DNA of 63,916 nucleotides, filler included, from Intoshia linei (taxonomy: Eukaryota > Animalia > Orthonectida), in NCBI GenBank assembly GCA_001642005.1. It is 5 parts of 5 records of this genome, joined end to end, with 100 filler letters (N's around TTAATTAATTAA, not from the genome) between each part and the next. Parts side by side here need not be neighbours in the genome. Positions count along the whole stretch, not along the records: positions 39,156 to 61,394 come from LWCA01000600.1; positions 61,495 to 63,916 come from LWCA01002315.1; 3 more parts are not named here. One strand, 5' to 3'. The notes beneath the pieces were generated by a model that made no database searches, was not told where the DNA came from, and saw nothing but the letters and a program-made list of their open reading frames with translations. Position 1 is the first letter of the stretch; each line of letters starts with the position of its first letter. Below, in pieces: positions 51,998-63,916 of this stretch. The position numbers were made by a program, and so were the translations under genes.

Positions 51998-54900
51998 ATG
52001 AAAGGCGATAAGAATGTAATGGTTTGATGTATTACGTTACATTAAATATTTAGAGTGAAAATATACTATTACAGGCCTTTTTACAAGCAAAAGGTGTAGT
52101 GAAACAACACATTACTTCTTTTGATTACTTTATCAATGTCGGGGTATTTATTTTTAAATATAGAAATTACAGTTGCCTCTAAAAGTGACAAAAATTTTTT
52201 AAACTAGATTTGCTGATTATAAATTGTAATTGAGGTTTTATAGAGGAAATTTGTTACCGGTAACTAGTGTTCTACAACGTGGTTTGAAGCACGAACCTTT
52301 AAATTTCAGCAGTAACTGTTTTTAATTAAATTTAATTCGAACAAGAACTTTTAAAATATCATCATCCCGTTTTTTTTGACAAATTGCGAAGTTTCGACGG
52401 AGTTGCAGAACGCTACTGGTAAACCAGTTCCAGTAGTCTTTAAGAAAATGTCGCATTTGATACCATACACAAGAGGAAATTCCCCAGATCTTACTCGCCC
52501 GTAGATCATGAAATGTGACAAATAGCCTTATTCTCCCTCATTACTCTAATTAACAATTTCAAAAATAATAGTGTTTCACTAATTAAAATATGAAAAAGTA
52601 TACTAGTATATCAGTAACGGTTTTATAATTAATTCTGAGAGAGTATATAAAATATTAAACCGTAATTTTACAATTGAAAAAGAAATATATTTTTCAGGGA
52701 AATTTATTGAATTTTAGTTTATTTCTCGAATCTTTCGTCATTCTTTATATTAAAACTAGGTTGACTGTTATGTACTACGTACAAACAGGATCTAGCTCTG
52801 CCGATGGCACATTTTTATAATACTTAAAAAATAAATTAGCGTTGAAAATCTAATTTAAAAATCCTACTATTCACTATTATCAATCCTTTAAAGGAGTGGT
52901 TCTCAAATTTGTGTCAGGCGGAACCATCATATCACATTACTTTTTACTTTAAAGTGAATTATTCCATCTTCATTTTTTATTTGTTAACATTTAAAAATAA
53001 AGTAAAAACAGTCCAATGCTAAAAATTGTCACAAATAGCATAAATTCCAGAAAAAATAAAATTATAAAAACCTATTTTGTCATTTTCAATGTGATGATAT
53101 ATATAATACTAATTTAATAAATACTTAAAAATACCAATTATCTATCAATAATTAACCGAATCTTCACTTTATAAACATATTTTAGTCGAATTTTACCAAA
53201 TATTACAAAGGATTGTAATAAATATAAAAATTATAGTAACAAAGTTGTTTTAGTTTTGCTGTTAAGTTTTATTCAAAAAGTCATGTTTTGAAAATGAGAA
53301 TTTAAAAATTGCGTATAAATAAAAAAATTACGAAGGAATGAATTATATAGATTTTCACTCATATTTCTTTATTAGAAATGTGTAGACGTTCATTGCACAT
53401 TTTTTATGTAATTGTAGGATCAATATTTACATTTTCAATTTTTATTTTAATCGAAATATTTGGAAAATATTGGTTGGTAATATTTAAAAATTATTTTTCA
53501 TCGAGAATGCGTAGATTTTTCGGGTTGAATTTTTGTATTTATATCAACTAGAATAATTTTTTTTTTTTAATTTTCGGACCGTTAATTATATTACATTTTT
53601 TGTTTTAATAAAATATTTCGAAAAAAAAAAAATATGAATACTAAAATGCTGTTTTGATCGTGAAGTCGTCACTTATTCAGATTGAAATTTTTTGTGTGTG
53701 TTAACAGGATCCAACTGTACCACCTGTAAATTTTATGAAATTCTAGGGCTGTTTTCATTAAAGAAAATAGAGTGATTTGGGGTTTTAGCCCTAAAAATAT
53801 CATTTTTATAAATTTAAATTTATGATAATGTTTATGATTTTAAAATCCGTATTAGCGTATATGTTTTTTAAATTTTCCAACTCGTTTAATTTTCAAAAAG
53901 AGGGACAATTGGGGTTTTTGACCCGTAAGATGTGAGTTTGGGAGGTTGAAATTTATTTTATTATACGTACCGAAAAAAACTGTAATTGAAATCTTTCAAT
54001 AAAATAGGACACACACACAAACAAAAATCGCGTAGCATATTATATAAGTTAGAATCACTATTACACTCAAATATGGACAAAATTCGAAAATTTTGAAAAA
54101 TCATGAACGTATAAGTGTAAGGTATAGCGTATAGGTGGGAAACTACGGCCTTCTGAACAATTTGAATTATTTTATTTTATTATGTTTGGTAAAAGCGGTT
54201 TTTTTCATAAGAGTTGGGAAAATTTTCGTATTCGTCCCTAATAAAATTATTCACTGCTTGAGATGACCAGTCATTATATAATATATGTAAAACGTGTGAA
54301 GCAGCGCATTATTATATTAAACTTGGCTTGTATTTATAGCGTCAGTATTATAATCTGTAAAGTGTCAGTATTTGTAATAGTTTGTCAGTAAAAATATTAA
54401 ATTTTTAGTTGATATAATAAATTGTCAGTATATCTTTGACTATACATTATATACTGACAAATATTTAATTGAATACTGACAGTTTCGGTACTTAGATACT
54501 GACAAATAAAATACTTCCCAGGTAACTTTATTTAGAAAGGCGCGGCCTTATTAATTTTTTTAAGGACGTTAGTGCGGCCTTCGAACAGTAAATGTTTTTC
54601 CACCTCTGGTGTAACGTAATAGGCATGTAGACATAAATTTAAATTTTTTATTTTGCTTAAATTATTTTCCATTTTTAAATTTTTTTTAAACTAAATGCCT
54701 GATTTTATAGCACATTTTGGTCGATCAAAAAATTATAATTATAATGAAACGTTATCTGTGTTTTATATCAGTGGTTTCCAAAAAAATATATTGTCGGCCC
54801 CCCCTCACAGTATACAAATATTTTTCGAAAAGATCAATTAGTACAAGCCTTTATTTTTACAATTAAGTATTATTTTGTCTATATCCGGATCAATACTAGT

Positions 54901-57900
54901 GTATGCTAATCTCAGGTCGTTTTGAATATCTATTCTTGATCTTTGTTTGTTTTAATTGTCAAGCCAGAAAATGTTTTTTCACATAAATATGTTGATCCGA
55001 AGGACAAAAGAATATTTATAGCAATATTAGAAGTTTTTGGGTAAATACCATTATTTTGATTATTCAGACATAAAATTGATAGTAGTACTGTAATATGTTA
55101 GCACTAATTAAAGGAAAAATTGATTTGAGCAGTTAATTAAAATAATTAATTAGCTAAATCTCGTATGGGTTAATATTATTTAAATTTATTATAATTATAA
55201 ATTTCTCCGAATTTCAAGAATATATTAATTAAATATCAAATACTAAATCAAATTAAGGTTAACAATATTAATTTAATTTTAAAATTTTTCTTAAATCTGC
55301 GGCCCCCTGGTGGGGCCAAGCTCCCATTTTGGAACCACTGTTTTAAATTACAGGTTTTACTATTAATGGAATTGATTTTTTAAATTATTAATATATATAT
55401 TTTAAGATGCAAGAATTAGTTGAAGCCAATAGTCTGATAACCAGCAATTTGAACGATTCTTTTTACTTAAAGTATACAAAGTTTTTGAAGTTATAATATT
55501 GTTTTAGATTTAAAAATATAAAAGTTGGAACGCCCATTTCTAACGATTCGATGGATATGAAAAATACATTAACTCCTCATCAGGTAGCTTTAGTTGTTTA
55601 AATATTTAATATATTTATAATATTCATCTTAAATTAGCTCATTTTAACGTAATAATTAGTGTCGTTTGAGGGATATGACTTATAATGCACCAATAACTGT
55701 AGATATTGAATATTTGCGTTCAAACCAACGAATTTACAGAAAAGATGTCAATATTGGGAAGTATATTATTTTTATATTTAATATCAACACATTTAGATTA
55801 CCTATAATGCTTGGCAGTAACCGCTGTATTTTGAGGAATAAATCAGAAGCCCAACTTGCCATTTTGCAGGAATGTCCTCATGACCACGGAGGCTATTTTA
55901 TTGTTAAAGGAGTAGAAAAAGTTATATGTATGCAGGAACAATTATCTAAAAATAGAATGATATCTTCGAAGGATTCTCAAGGAAATACAGTCGTTGGAGT
56001 TATAAGGTAATTTATTTGTATGTTAAGTAAAATATTTTAAGTTCAACGACTGCGAAAAAAAGCAAAAGTGATTTAATATGGAAGAAGAATCAAGTGTACC
56101 TTAAAGCTGGATTTTTCAGTGAAAACATTCCAATTGTTATTTTGTTGAAAGCTCTCTGCTTGGAATGCGATTTAGAAATTGCGGAAATTATGGGTTCAGA
56201 GGATTGTGTTTTAAAAAATGTACTTTTTTCGATTGAAGAATCTTACAAACATGGTGTTAATGACAAAAACACGGCCATTTCATTTTTGTATGATAGGATA
56301 CGTTTATTAAAAAATAAAACAAATGAGAAAGTTTCTGCAAAAAATCAAGAAGCGCTATTTTTAATAAACGACAACATTTTGCCTCATGTACCCAGGGAAA
56401 ACAACAATTTTAAACGAAAGTGTATTTTTCTTTGCTTAATGTGGAAAAAAACGATTCTGGTTCAACACGGCATCGTTCTAGTTGACGACAGAGATCATTA
56501 TGGGAACAAAAGACTCGAAATGGCTGGAAACATGATATCTTATCTTTTCGAAGATGCGTTTAAAAGATTAATTTTCGAAATTCAGAAAACTATCGATAGA
56601 TCATTTCAAAAATCCAGTATTATGCAATTTGATATTATAAAACATATTAGACAAGACACTTTAACTCAATCCATCCAGAATGCGCTGGGAACTGGTCGTT
56701 GGTGCATTAAAAGATTTAGAATGGACCGAGCGGGAGTTTCTCAGTTGGTTTCTAGGTTATCTTATATCTCCTCTCTGGGTCATATGACACGAATTTCCAG
56801 TCAATTTGAAAAGTCCAGGAAAGTAAGCGGACCTCGCGCACTACAACCTTCTCAATGGGGCATGCTGTGTCCATCTGATACCCCGGAAGGTGAATCTTGC
56901 GGACTAGTCAAAAATTTGGCACTTATTGCTAATGTAACCACAGATCAGGATGAATGTAATGTCAAAAATATTTTATTACTGTTTGGAGTCGAAGACGTTA
57001 ATTTGCTTAATGGGCATCAATTGAATTGTAAACAGTTTTCAAAAGTATTTCTCAATGGAAATTTACTCGGAATCGTCAAAGATGGTATAAAGTTAATACA
57101 GATTGTTAAAAAACTTAGAAGAAAGGCTAGAATTCACTATTTTGTCTCTATTTTTCAGGATAATAACAGGTGTATTTATGTTTCTACGGATGGCGGAAGA
57201 TTGACGAGACCTTACATTCTATGTGAAAATGGAATTGCCCTTGTTTCACAACGCCACTTGGATCAATTAGAATCTAAAATGATTAATTTTGATGATTTAG
57301 TGTTTGACGGGTTAATAGAGTATTTAGATGTCAATGAACAAAACGATGCGTTTATAGCTATGCGCCCTCATGATGTTACAGAAGAAATAACTCACTTGGA
57401 ATTTGAACCATTCACTTTATTGGGAGTATGTGCGGGATTAATACCGTATCCGCATCATAACCAATCACCTCGAAATACCTACCAGTGTGCTATGGGCAAA
57501 CAAGCCATAGGAACTATAGGTTACAACCAATACAACCGCTTTGATACATTATTGTACTCCCTTGTTTACCCCCAGAGACCCCTGGTTAAAACCAAAACTA
57601 TTGATTTAATAGGTTTTAACAAGATTCCTGCAGGACAAAATGGAATTGTGGCTGTTATGAGTTACAGTGGATATGATATTGAGGATGCCATTGTAATAAA
57701 CAAATCATCCCTAGATAGGGGGTTCGGACGTTGTATGGTTCATAGAAAACATAAAGCAGTTTGTAGGCGCGTAACAGCCTGTGATTTTGAAAAAATTTCC
57801 GGTGCAACCATAAATACTGATACAAATACACCTATATGGTCGCATACGTGCCTTGACGTAGATGGTATTGTTAATCCAGGCGAGGCAGTACACGATAATA

Positions 57901-58603
57901 TGGTATTGGTTAATAAAAAAATACCCGAAGTTGAAAATGTAGCAAAAACTTCGGCTATTCCGGCAGTTTCTTATAAAAGTGCTCCATTAAAATACAAGGG
58001 TATAGAAAAATCATATGTGGACAAAGTTCTGGTAACCGCTAATACTGAAGAATCATTGATTGTTAAAGTTCTTTTACGTCAGACTAGAAGGCCTGAAATT
58101 GGGGATAAATTTAGCAGTAGACACGGCCAGAAAGGTGTTGTGGGTCTTGTCGTTCCACAGGAAGATATGCCGTTTACAGAATCAGGAATATGCCCAGATA
58201 TAATAATGAACCCTCACGGATATCCTTCACGTATGACAGTGGGTAAACTTCTAGAACTAATGGGTAGCAAAGCGGCTGCTTTAGATGGAACTTTTCATGA
58301 TGGAACAGCATTTGGTGGTGATAAAATTGAAGATTTGTCATCAATAATGAAGGACCACGGATACAACTATCTTGGTAAAGATTTAGTTACTTCAGGCATA
58401 ACCGGAGAAATAATGGAAGCTTATATTTATTTTGGACCAATTTATTATCAAAAATTGAAGCATATGGTAATGGATAAAATTCATGCTAGAGCACGTGGGC
58501 CATATGCAGCTTTAACGCGACAACCCACGGAAGGAAGATCCAAGGATGGTGGTCTTAGATTGGGTGAAATGGAGCGAGATTGTCTGATTGCTCATGGAAC
58601 AAG
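51998..58603 (+). CDS. POLR3B: RNA polymerase III second-largest subunit (RPC2), C-terminal exon(s) not visible
   Basis: [22 protein letters not shown] in exon 2; TE-filled intron of about 3.3 kb (52144-55406); [46 protein letters not shown] and [16 protein letters not shown], then a GT donor at 58604. Confidence 0.95.
52756..54053 (-). mobile_element. Near-complete Helitron in the POLR3B intron
   Basis: 5' TCtaacttatataatatgctacg; 3' hairpin followed by aacCTAG|t. Confidence 0.8.
54130..54608. mobile_element. hAT MITE (CAGAGGTGGG family) with a nested GTCAGTA/TACTGAC repeat (about 54320-54515)
   Basis: Ends match the 8408 and 47497 copies; the insert is homologous to 61135-61340. Confidence 0.65.
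54769..55340. mobile_element. hAT MITE
   Basis: TIRs cagtggtttccaaaa / ttttggaaccactg; TSD ttttatat / ttttaaat. Confidence 0.75.
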
Positions 58604-60007
58604 GTATTTTATTACAACGCGTTTATTATATATAGTCGTGACCTTTGGGAGTGAGTTGGGTTACAAGTATCGGGTTTAATATTTTTATTTTACACTAATA
58701 AACGTTTTTTCTTAATACTGTTCACAGGGCCGATGAGAGCCAGCAGTAGACCCTGGACAGGTGGAAATTATAGGCTCATATAAAAAAATTTTTAAATATA
58801 CCTCTATAGATTGCTTAATGGATCGTTCATTATTTAAAAAGTAAAAATAACCGTTGGAAATCGCATATAATATTTTATATACGATAATTTTGGTATACTT
58901 AAGAAATTTTCCAACATTATTTATTAATTAATTAAAATAGGCCCGTTTCCACGGACCTGACTATTCATTGATTTATACATTTTAAGATATTTCAATGTTA
59001 TAAATTCAATTTAAATATTAAAAGGCTGGATTTGTTTTTCTCGACACAGGTCTTAGGTATTTGTCGGCTGCTAATTTACACACACTGTTAACTGTTAGGA
59101 AAACATTTTATCTCGATCGCAGGTGGTTTTAATGTAATTTAATTGATATAAGAACTGCGTGCATTTGAATGTGTACCCAACTTTTTAAATTATGTTTTTG
59201 TAGAGGTAATAGTCAAGAATAGGCTTAAAATTAAATTTTACCACTGCACTATGTCTGTAAATATATTGTTTAATTATTAATAATTATTGTAGTACAATAC
59301 AAAAATTTCAACTTTAGATGTTTTTTTTCTTACTGGCATGTAGGAACTAACTCGTAAAATATATAATGCATTTTAGAAGCATTCGTATTTCTACTTTTTT
59401 ATCCACACACAGAAAAATACTTAAATACACACATGTATTTCTGCTTCATTTTAAGTCATAATTGAATATTATCGGACATTTGATGAATAAGGTAGAAACT
59501 GTTATAGTTAAGTTAATTCTTTTATATTTTTCTATTTTCTCCAGGTCCATTCATTTAAAATCGTGTACCATACAGTATCCTATGAACTCTCCAACCGAAT
59601 ATGACGTTTGGAATCAACTTTGTAACATTATAGAACTGTAGTGTTCAGTTGAGGTGCCAGCTTTTTTTTGACAATGAATGTAAAATACTTTTGTATCGGA
59701 CATCAGGTTCCACATCACTGATCTATATTAACAAATGTATACTAATTTTTTATGAACATTCTAATGAAAGGTATCAAAATTTCCATTAATAATGTCAATT
59801 TTTACGTCTTCCCCAACATATTTACCAATTCAAATACCGTTTACAAAAAAATGTCATTTATATGCTGTATTTATTCGCTGATCGTCTCGAATATTTAATT
59901 TTTTCAATATTTATGTCACTTTAAAAATTCATAATTAAAAACCGAAAATTAGTATTCAAAACTTTTTTAGTAATAATTTTTATACATGGCTGGTTATAAT
60001 TATATTT

Positions 60008-61114
60008 CGCAGTGTTAGAGTTATAATGTTCTATCTGCAAAAACAGTTTTTCATAAATCGACTTTAAAGTTTAAAAGTACTATATTGCCTAAAATATAAT
60101 TATGTTGAAATTTAAAAATACAATTTAGTTTTTTAATATTTAAAATATTAATTTAAATTCGTTGTTAAAGATTTCTCGGTATTTCCATAGCTTTACCTGA
60201 TCCTCCAGTAAGTTTTTATAATACAGAAATTCTATATAAAAATTGTACATCCGATTAACATTTAAATTTGGATTTAGAAATTGGTATTTTGAATCATTTC
60301 TACAATAGTAACTTTCAATACGTGGAAACGAATTAATGTGATCTCGCACTAGGCTTGTGGATGACACTAATTCTATGTTTAACATGATCCCCTGATGATA
60401 ATAATTCTGGTAAGTTCGTTATTGTATCAGTATGGTCATGGTAGTAGCTCACACGTCTTTGAGATATATCCAATGTATCCAAAAACGTTCTTTTGCAACA
60501 TCTATTTATATAATTATATAATTAATTATATATTTATATTGAATATAAATTTTGAAATAATGATATACCTATAAATATTCGAAGCTTTCAAAAAAAATCT
60601 GTACGAGTATTTTTTACGATTTTTGCCAATAGTTCGCACTGATCGTATTTTTTCAGTGTATTTTCCATAATACATGCGCTTACCCATATCATCTAGCATC
60701 CAAAAATGCTCGCTTATGGTTTTTCTTTGTTCCAATGACAAGCAAACTTGCATCTACCACCACAGCCTGATTTAACAACTCTTTTAAGCACCACCTTTAG
60801 AGTTGACATGTTCTATTCCTTTTTGGTAAAATGTTTTACGTGAAATTTATTTTTGGGTGATAATTAAAATATGATAAATTTTATGCAATTATATCTATTA
60901 AATAAAAAGTATCAATTCAATTAGAACATTATGTCTTTTTATTTAATTCGAATTTTCAGATGGAATAAAATGTAATGTTGGTTATCTCATAAAATAATAG
61001 GTTTTCAATCTAAATTTTTTTGTAGATTATAAAATATATGATTTAAAACATTTTTCATCAAAAACCTCATTTTTGACAAAAATGTAGATAGAACATTATA
61101 ACTCTAACATTGCG
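60008..61114 (-). mobile_element. Sola1-type DNA transposon, internally deleted
   Basis: TIRs of about 31 bp, cgca(g/a)tgttagagttataatgttctatct; 4-bp TSD ATTT on both sides; transposase remnant VRDHINSFPRIESYYCR...LNVNRMYNFY...YREIFNNEFKL. Confidence 0.8.
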
Positions 61115-61134
61115 ATTTATTGATTTTGAAATAC

Positions 61135-61340
61135 AGTCACACTCAAAACGGCTTGTATTTATAGCGTCAGTATTTTAATCAGTAAAGTTGCAGTAATTTA
61201 AATAGTTTGTCAGTAAAAATAGTTTATTGTCAGTACTTTAAATATATTCTCAGTATATCATTGACTATACAGTATATACTGACAAATATGTAATTGAATA
61301 CGGACAAAATAATTATATTACTGACAAATAAAATAGTCAC
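61135..61340. repeat. Fold-back repeat of GTCAGTA / TACTGAC modules
   Basis: The left half has several gtcagta and the right half several tactgac; homologous to 54320-54515. Confidence 0.55.
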
Positions 61341-62203
61341 ATTCAAAACTATGTCAACATTTCATATATTTTATTTCAAATTTAGTTATCATTCNNNNNN
61401 NNNNNNNNNNNNNNNNNNNNNNNNNNNNNNNNNNNNNNTTAATTAATTAANNNNNNNNNNNNNNNNNNNNNNNNNNNNNNNNNNNNNNNNNNNNACAAAT
61501 TAGACTTAAATCTATTTACCAAATAGAATAAGGAAATATATTAATAATAGTACATTTTAAGCTATTATGTTTTATTCAAAATTAGTAGTGACTTTATCAT
61601 ATACCTTTTATAAATATGTTATTGATTTTTCCAGCATTACCTGAATCACAGTAACAATTTAAATCAAACTACTTGCTGTTTGCTTTACTTAATGGACACG
61701 TTTGTTGTCTGTTACTCCATTTCCATTCATACTACTACTTTTGCAGCACAAATGTACATTTTATTCTGATTAAATTCACTATTCATATAGACTGGATATA
61801 ATGTAGACCTTGTTTGGACTTTTATTAAATAATTACTATCAATAAATATATCAAATATAAGGAGTGCTATGGTGCGTCATTTTAAAAAGTCTCAATAAAT
61901 GTTAACGAGCAATGGAAATACACAAATACACTCGCATTTGTATGTTCATTTTGATTATTTATAAAGTAACCAATATTTCAGATTGTAATGATATGAATGA
62001 AAGATAGGTTATTAAATCTGAAGGAATCTTGTAGATTTAATGTCCGAATCTAACATTATAATTTATGGATAAAATACACGTGCTCAACTAAATTTATTAA
62101 TATTAAAGTAAAGCTACAGTTCAGTTGGAACTGACTGTAACTTCACCATTACAACACAGATGAGTTTAAACTATTAAACTTTAATACATAGGTTATTACT
62201 AGT

Positions 62204-62691
62204 GCAAGCAAAAGTCAGAAAAATTAAAATTTGATATGTTAAATAGTTTAACATTTCCAGCATGATGGCACCAATATCGTCAATATTAATTGGCTAATTA
62301 AAATTTTATAAAGTTAATACGGTTAGAAAACTTAAAATTTTTTTCAAATGTTAGAATTTTTTTAAAGTTAATAAAGTTAGATTTTGAAATATTGAATTAT
62401 TTACATGTGCATTGTTTTTAAATTTTACCAATCTGAATCTTAATCAAATTTTAATCCAATAATCAGTTAATGCCTAAATTTCCAAAGTCGTCTGTTAAAC
62501 ACAAATCATTAAATTTAAATGACACTACTCCAATCCGTAAATATTGCAAATTAAAAGTGATTTTGCCACTGACATAGTATAACTTTTTGTCTCGGTAGAC
62601 GTACCTTATACAAGTTATATATTTAATATTGTATCATACTAAATCTTAATATTTAATTTTTTAAATTATTTTAAAAGGGAGGACCAAATGG
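62204..62691 (-). repeat. Interspersed repeat of about 490 bp; uninterrupted copy of the LTR element's target
   Basis: Its reverse complement matches 27389-27629 joined to 31092-31316, with a single aactg at the junction. Confidence 0.85.
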
Positions 62692-63386
62692 TAATAGTTA
62701 ATTAGTAATAGTAGTAGTCATACTAATAGTCAATTAGTAATAATATTTATAACTTATTACTGTTCCTACAAGAAATTAATTATTTAAGTAATTAATGAAA
62801 ACATTACATACGGGTTATCCATTATCGTTCACAGATTTGTTAAATCAATAAAATTCTGATTTGCTAAATTTTTTACAGTACATCTCAATGATGCATCGTA
62901 TAGCATAATACCCATTTACATATATATAAAAAAATTCATTTTAGCTTTTTTGATTTTACAATATTTTATTTGATAGATTGCAAGATTCCGAATACTAATT
63001 TAAGTTTAGTTAAGATTAGTGAAATCATGTTTATAATTTGTATAACTTTATTACATAACATTTATATGAATAAAATAATGCAGAAATAGTAACTAACAGT
63101 AAATAATTAAACTAAATTGGTATTTTGATGAAGTTTTCGCGTGGTACCTTAAAGTTTAAAGTACTTTAGTCACAATAACGATAATAAAAACATTATAACT
63201 AAGGCGATATATCGTACAATGATAATAATAAACTTCAAAATTATAACTTTGAATTGAAAAGTAAAAACCCAAATTTATAAAGAAAAGTTAAATGAATTGA
63301 ATCATGTAATGCGTTTAGTATTGCTGTCAATCAATGACATAAATCACCAAATAATAGCCTAGCAGAGTCAATTAATAAATTTTTAC

Positions 63387-63459
63387 CCAAAAATACAATA
63401 TCACGCACAGTCATAACAAAGTTTTTACTAGTTGACTGTGCGTGATGGGTTATTTTTGG
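63387..63459. ncRNA. Pre-miRNA-like hairpin (candidate)
   Basis: Perfect 14-bp stem 63400-63413 / 63433-63446 and an outer 9-bp stem 63387-63395 / 63451-63459; about 73 nt in total. Confidence 0.3.
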
Positions 63460-63916
63460 ATAATAAACAATAAAAGGATGATGTTGCTATGATTTCATGT
63501 TTTGGTTTTATGTTTTTTAGTATTTTAGGAGCGATGAGACATGATGTGATGAGATAAAAATGTAAATGACCAATGAGAGTAATGGAAAAAAAGACGGAAA
63601 TTTAAAAGACTCCTCGTAACCATGTTCGCGGGAAAATATTGAAATATTTGAGAATAATTTTGATATTTTTAATTTTCGGGACTGTGCGTGGTCAAAAAAA
63701 AACTAATCTAGCGACCATCGAGATTAACCTCAGTGCATCGCAGCAACAAGACTGCTCAAACACGTACAGTACTAGGGCCAATATTTATAAATTTGTGTCT
63801 ATAACAGTCAAAAATAGAGACATGTAGTCATAAATTTAGGTATAGATGATTATAAGTACCAATTTGAGCGAGCCGCACCGCGACCCAACTGGACATTATC
63901 AACCTCTCACAAACGC

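Overview
Very AT-rich eukaryotic (metazoan) genomic DNA. Genes are compact, with many 30-60 nt introns plus a few large introns filled with transposable elements. This style suggests a genome-reduced invertebrate such as the orthonectid Intoshia, but that is inference only. Four 100-nt assembly gaps carry an artificial TTAATTAATTAA spacer. Genes rebuilt by hand across introns: a three-dsRBD TRBP/PACT/Loquacious-like gene, an AGPAT5-like acyltransferase, an SLC16 (MCT) transporter, a frameshifted intron-containing RPLP0 paralog, an MDM1-like gene, a Q/N-rich possibly Mastermind-like gene, MED7, an EML/EMAP gene, a KIF9 kinesin with degenerate switch I/II motifs, and POLR3B (3' end missing). The repeats include a non-autonomous Helitron family (about 10 pieces), many hAT and Tc1/pogo MITEs with target-site duplications (TSDs), a Sola1 deletion derivative, a MULE/Foldback-like element and one Ty3/gypsy (Mag-like) LTR retrotransposon with both LTRs. 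The most notable observation is that this LTR element has no tRNA-type primer-binding site (PBS). Instead, the 13 nt right after the 5' LTR are the perfect reverse complement of a sequence inside its own LTR, which is the signature of Tf1-type self-priming. An empty copy of its insertion site is also present in the window.
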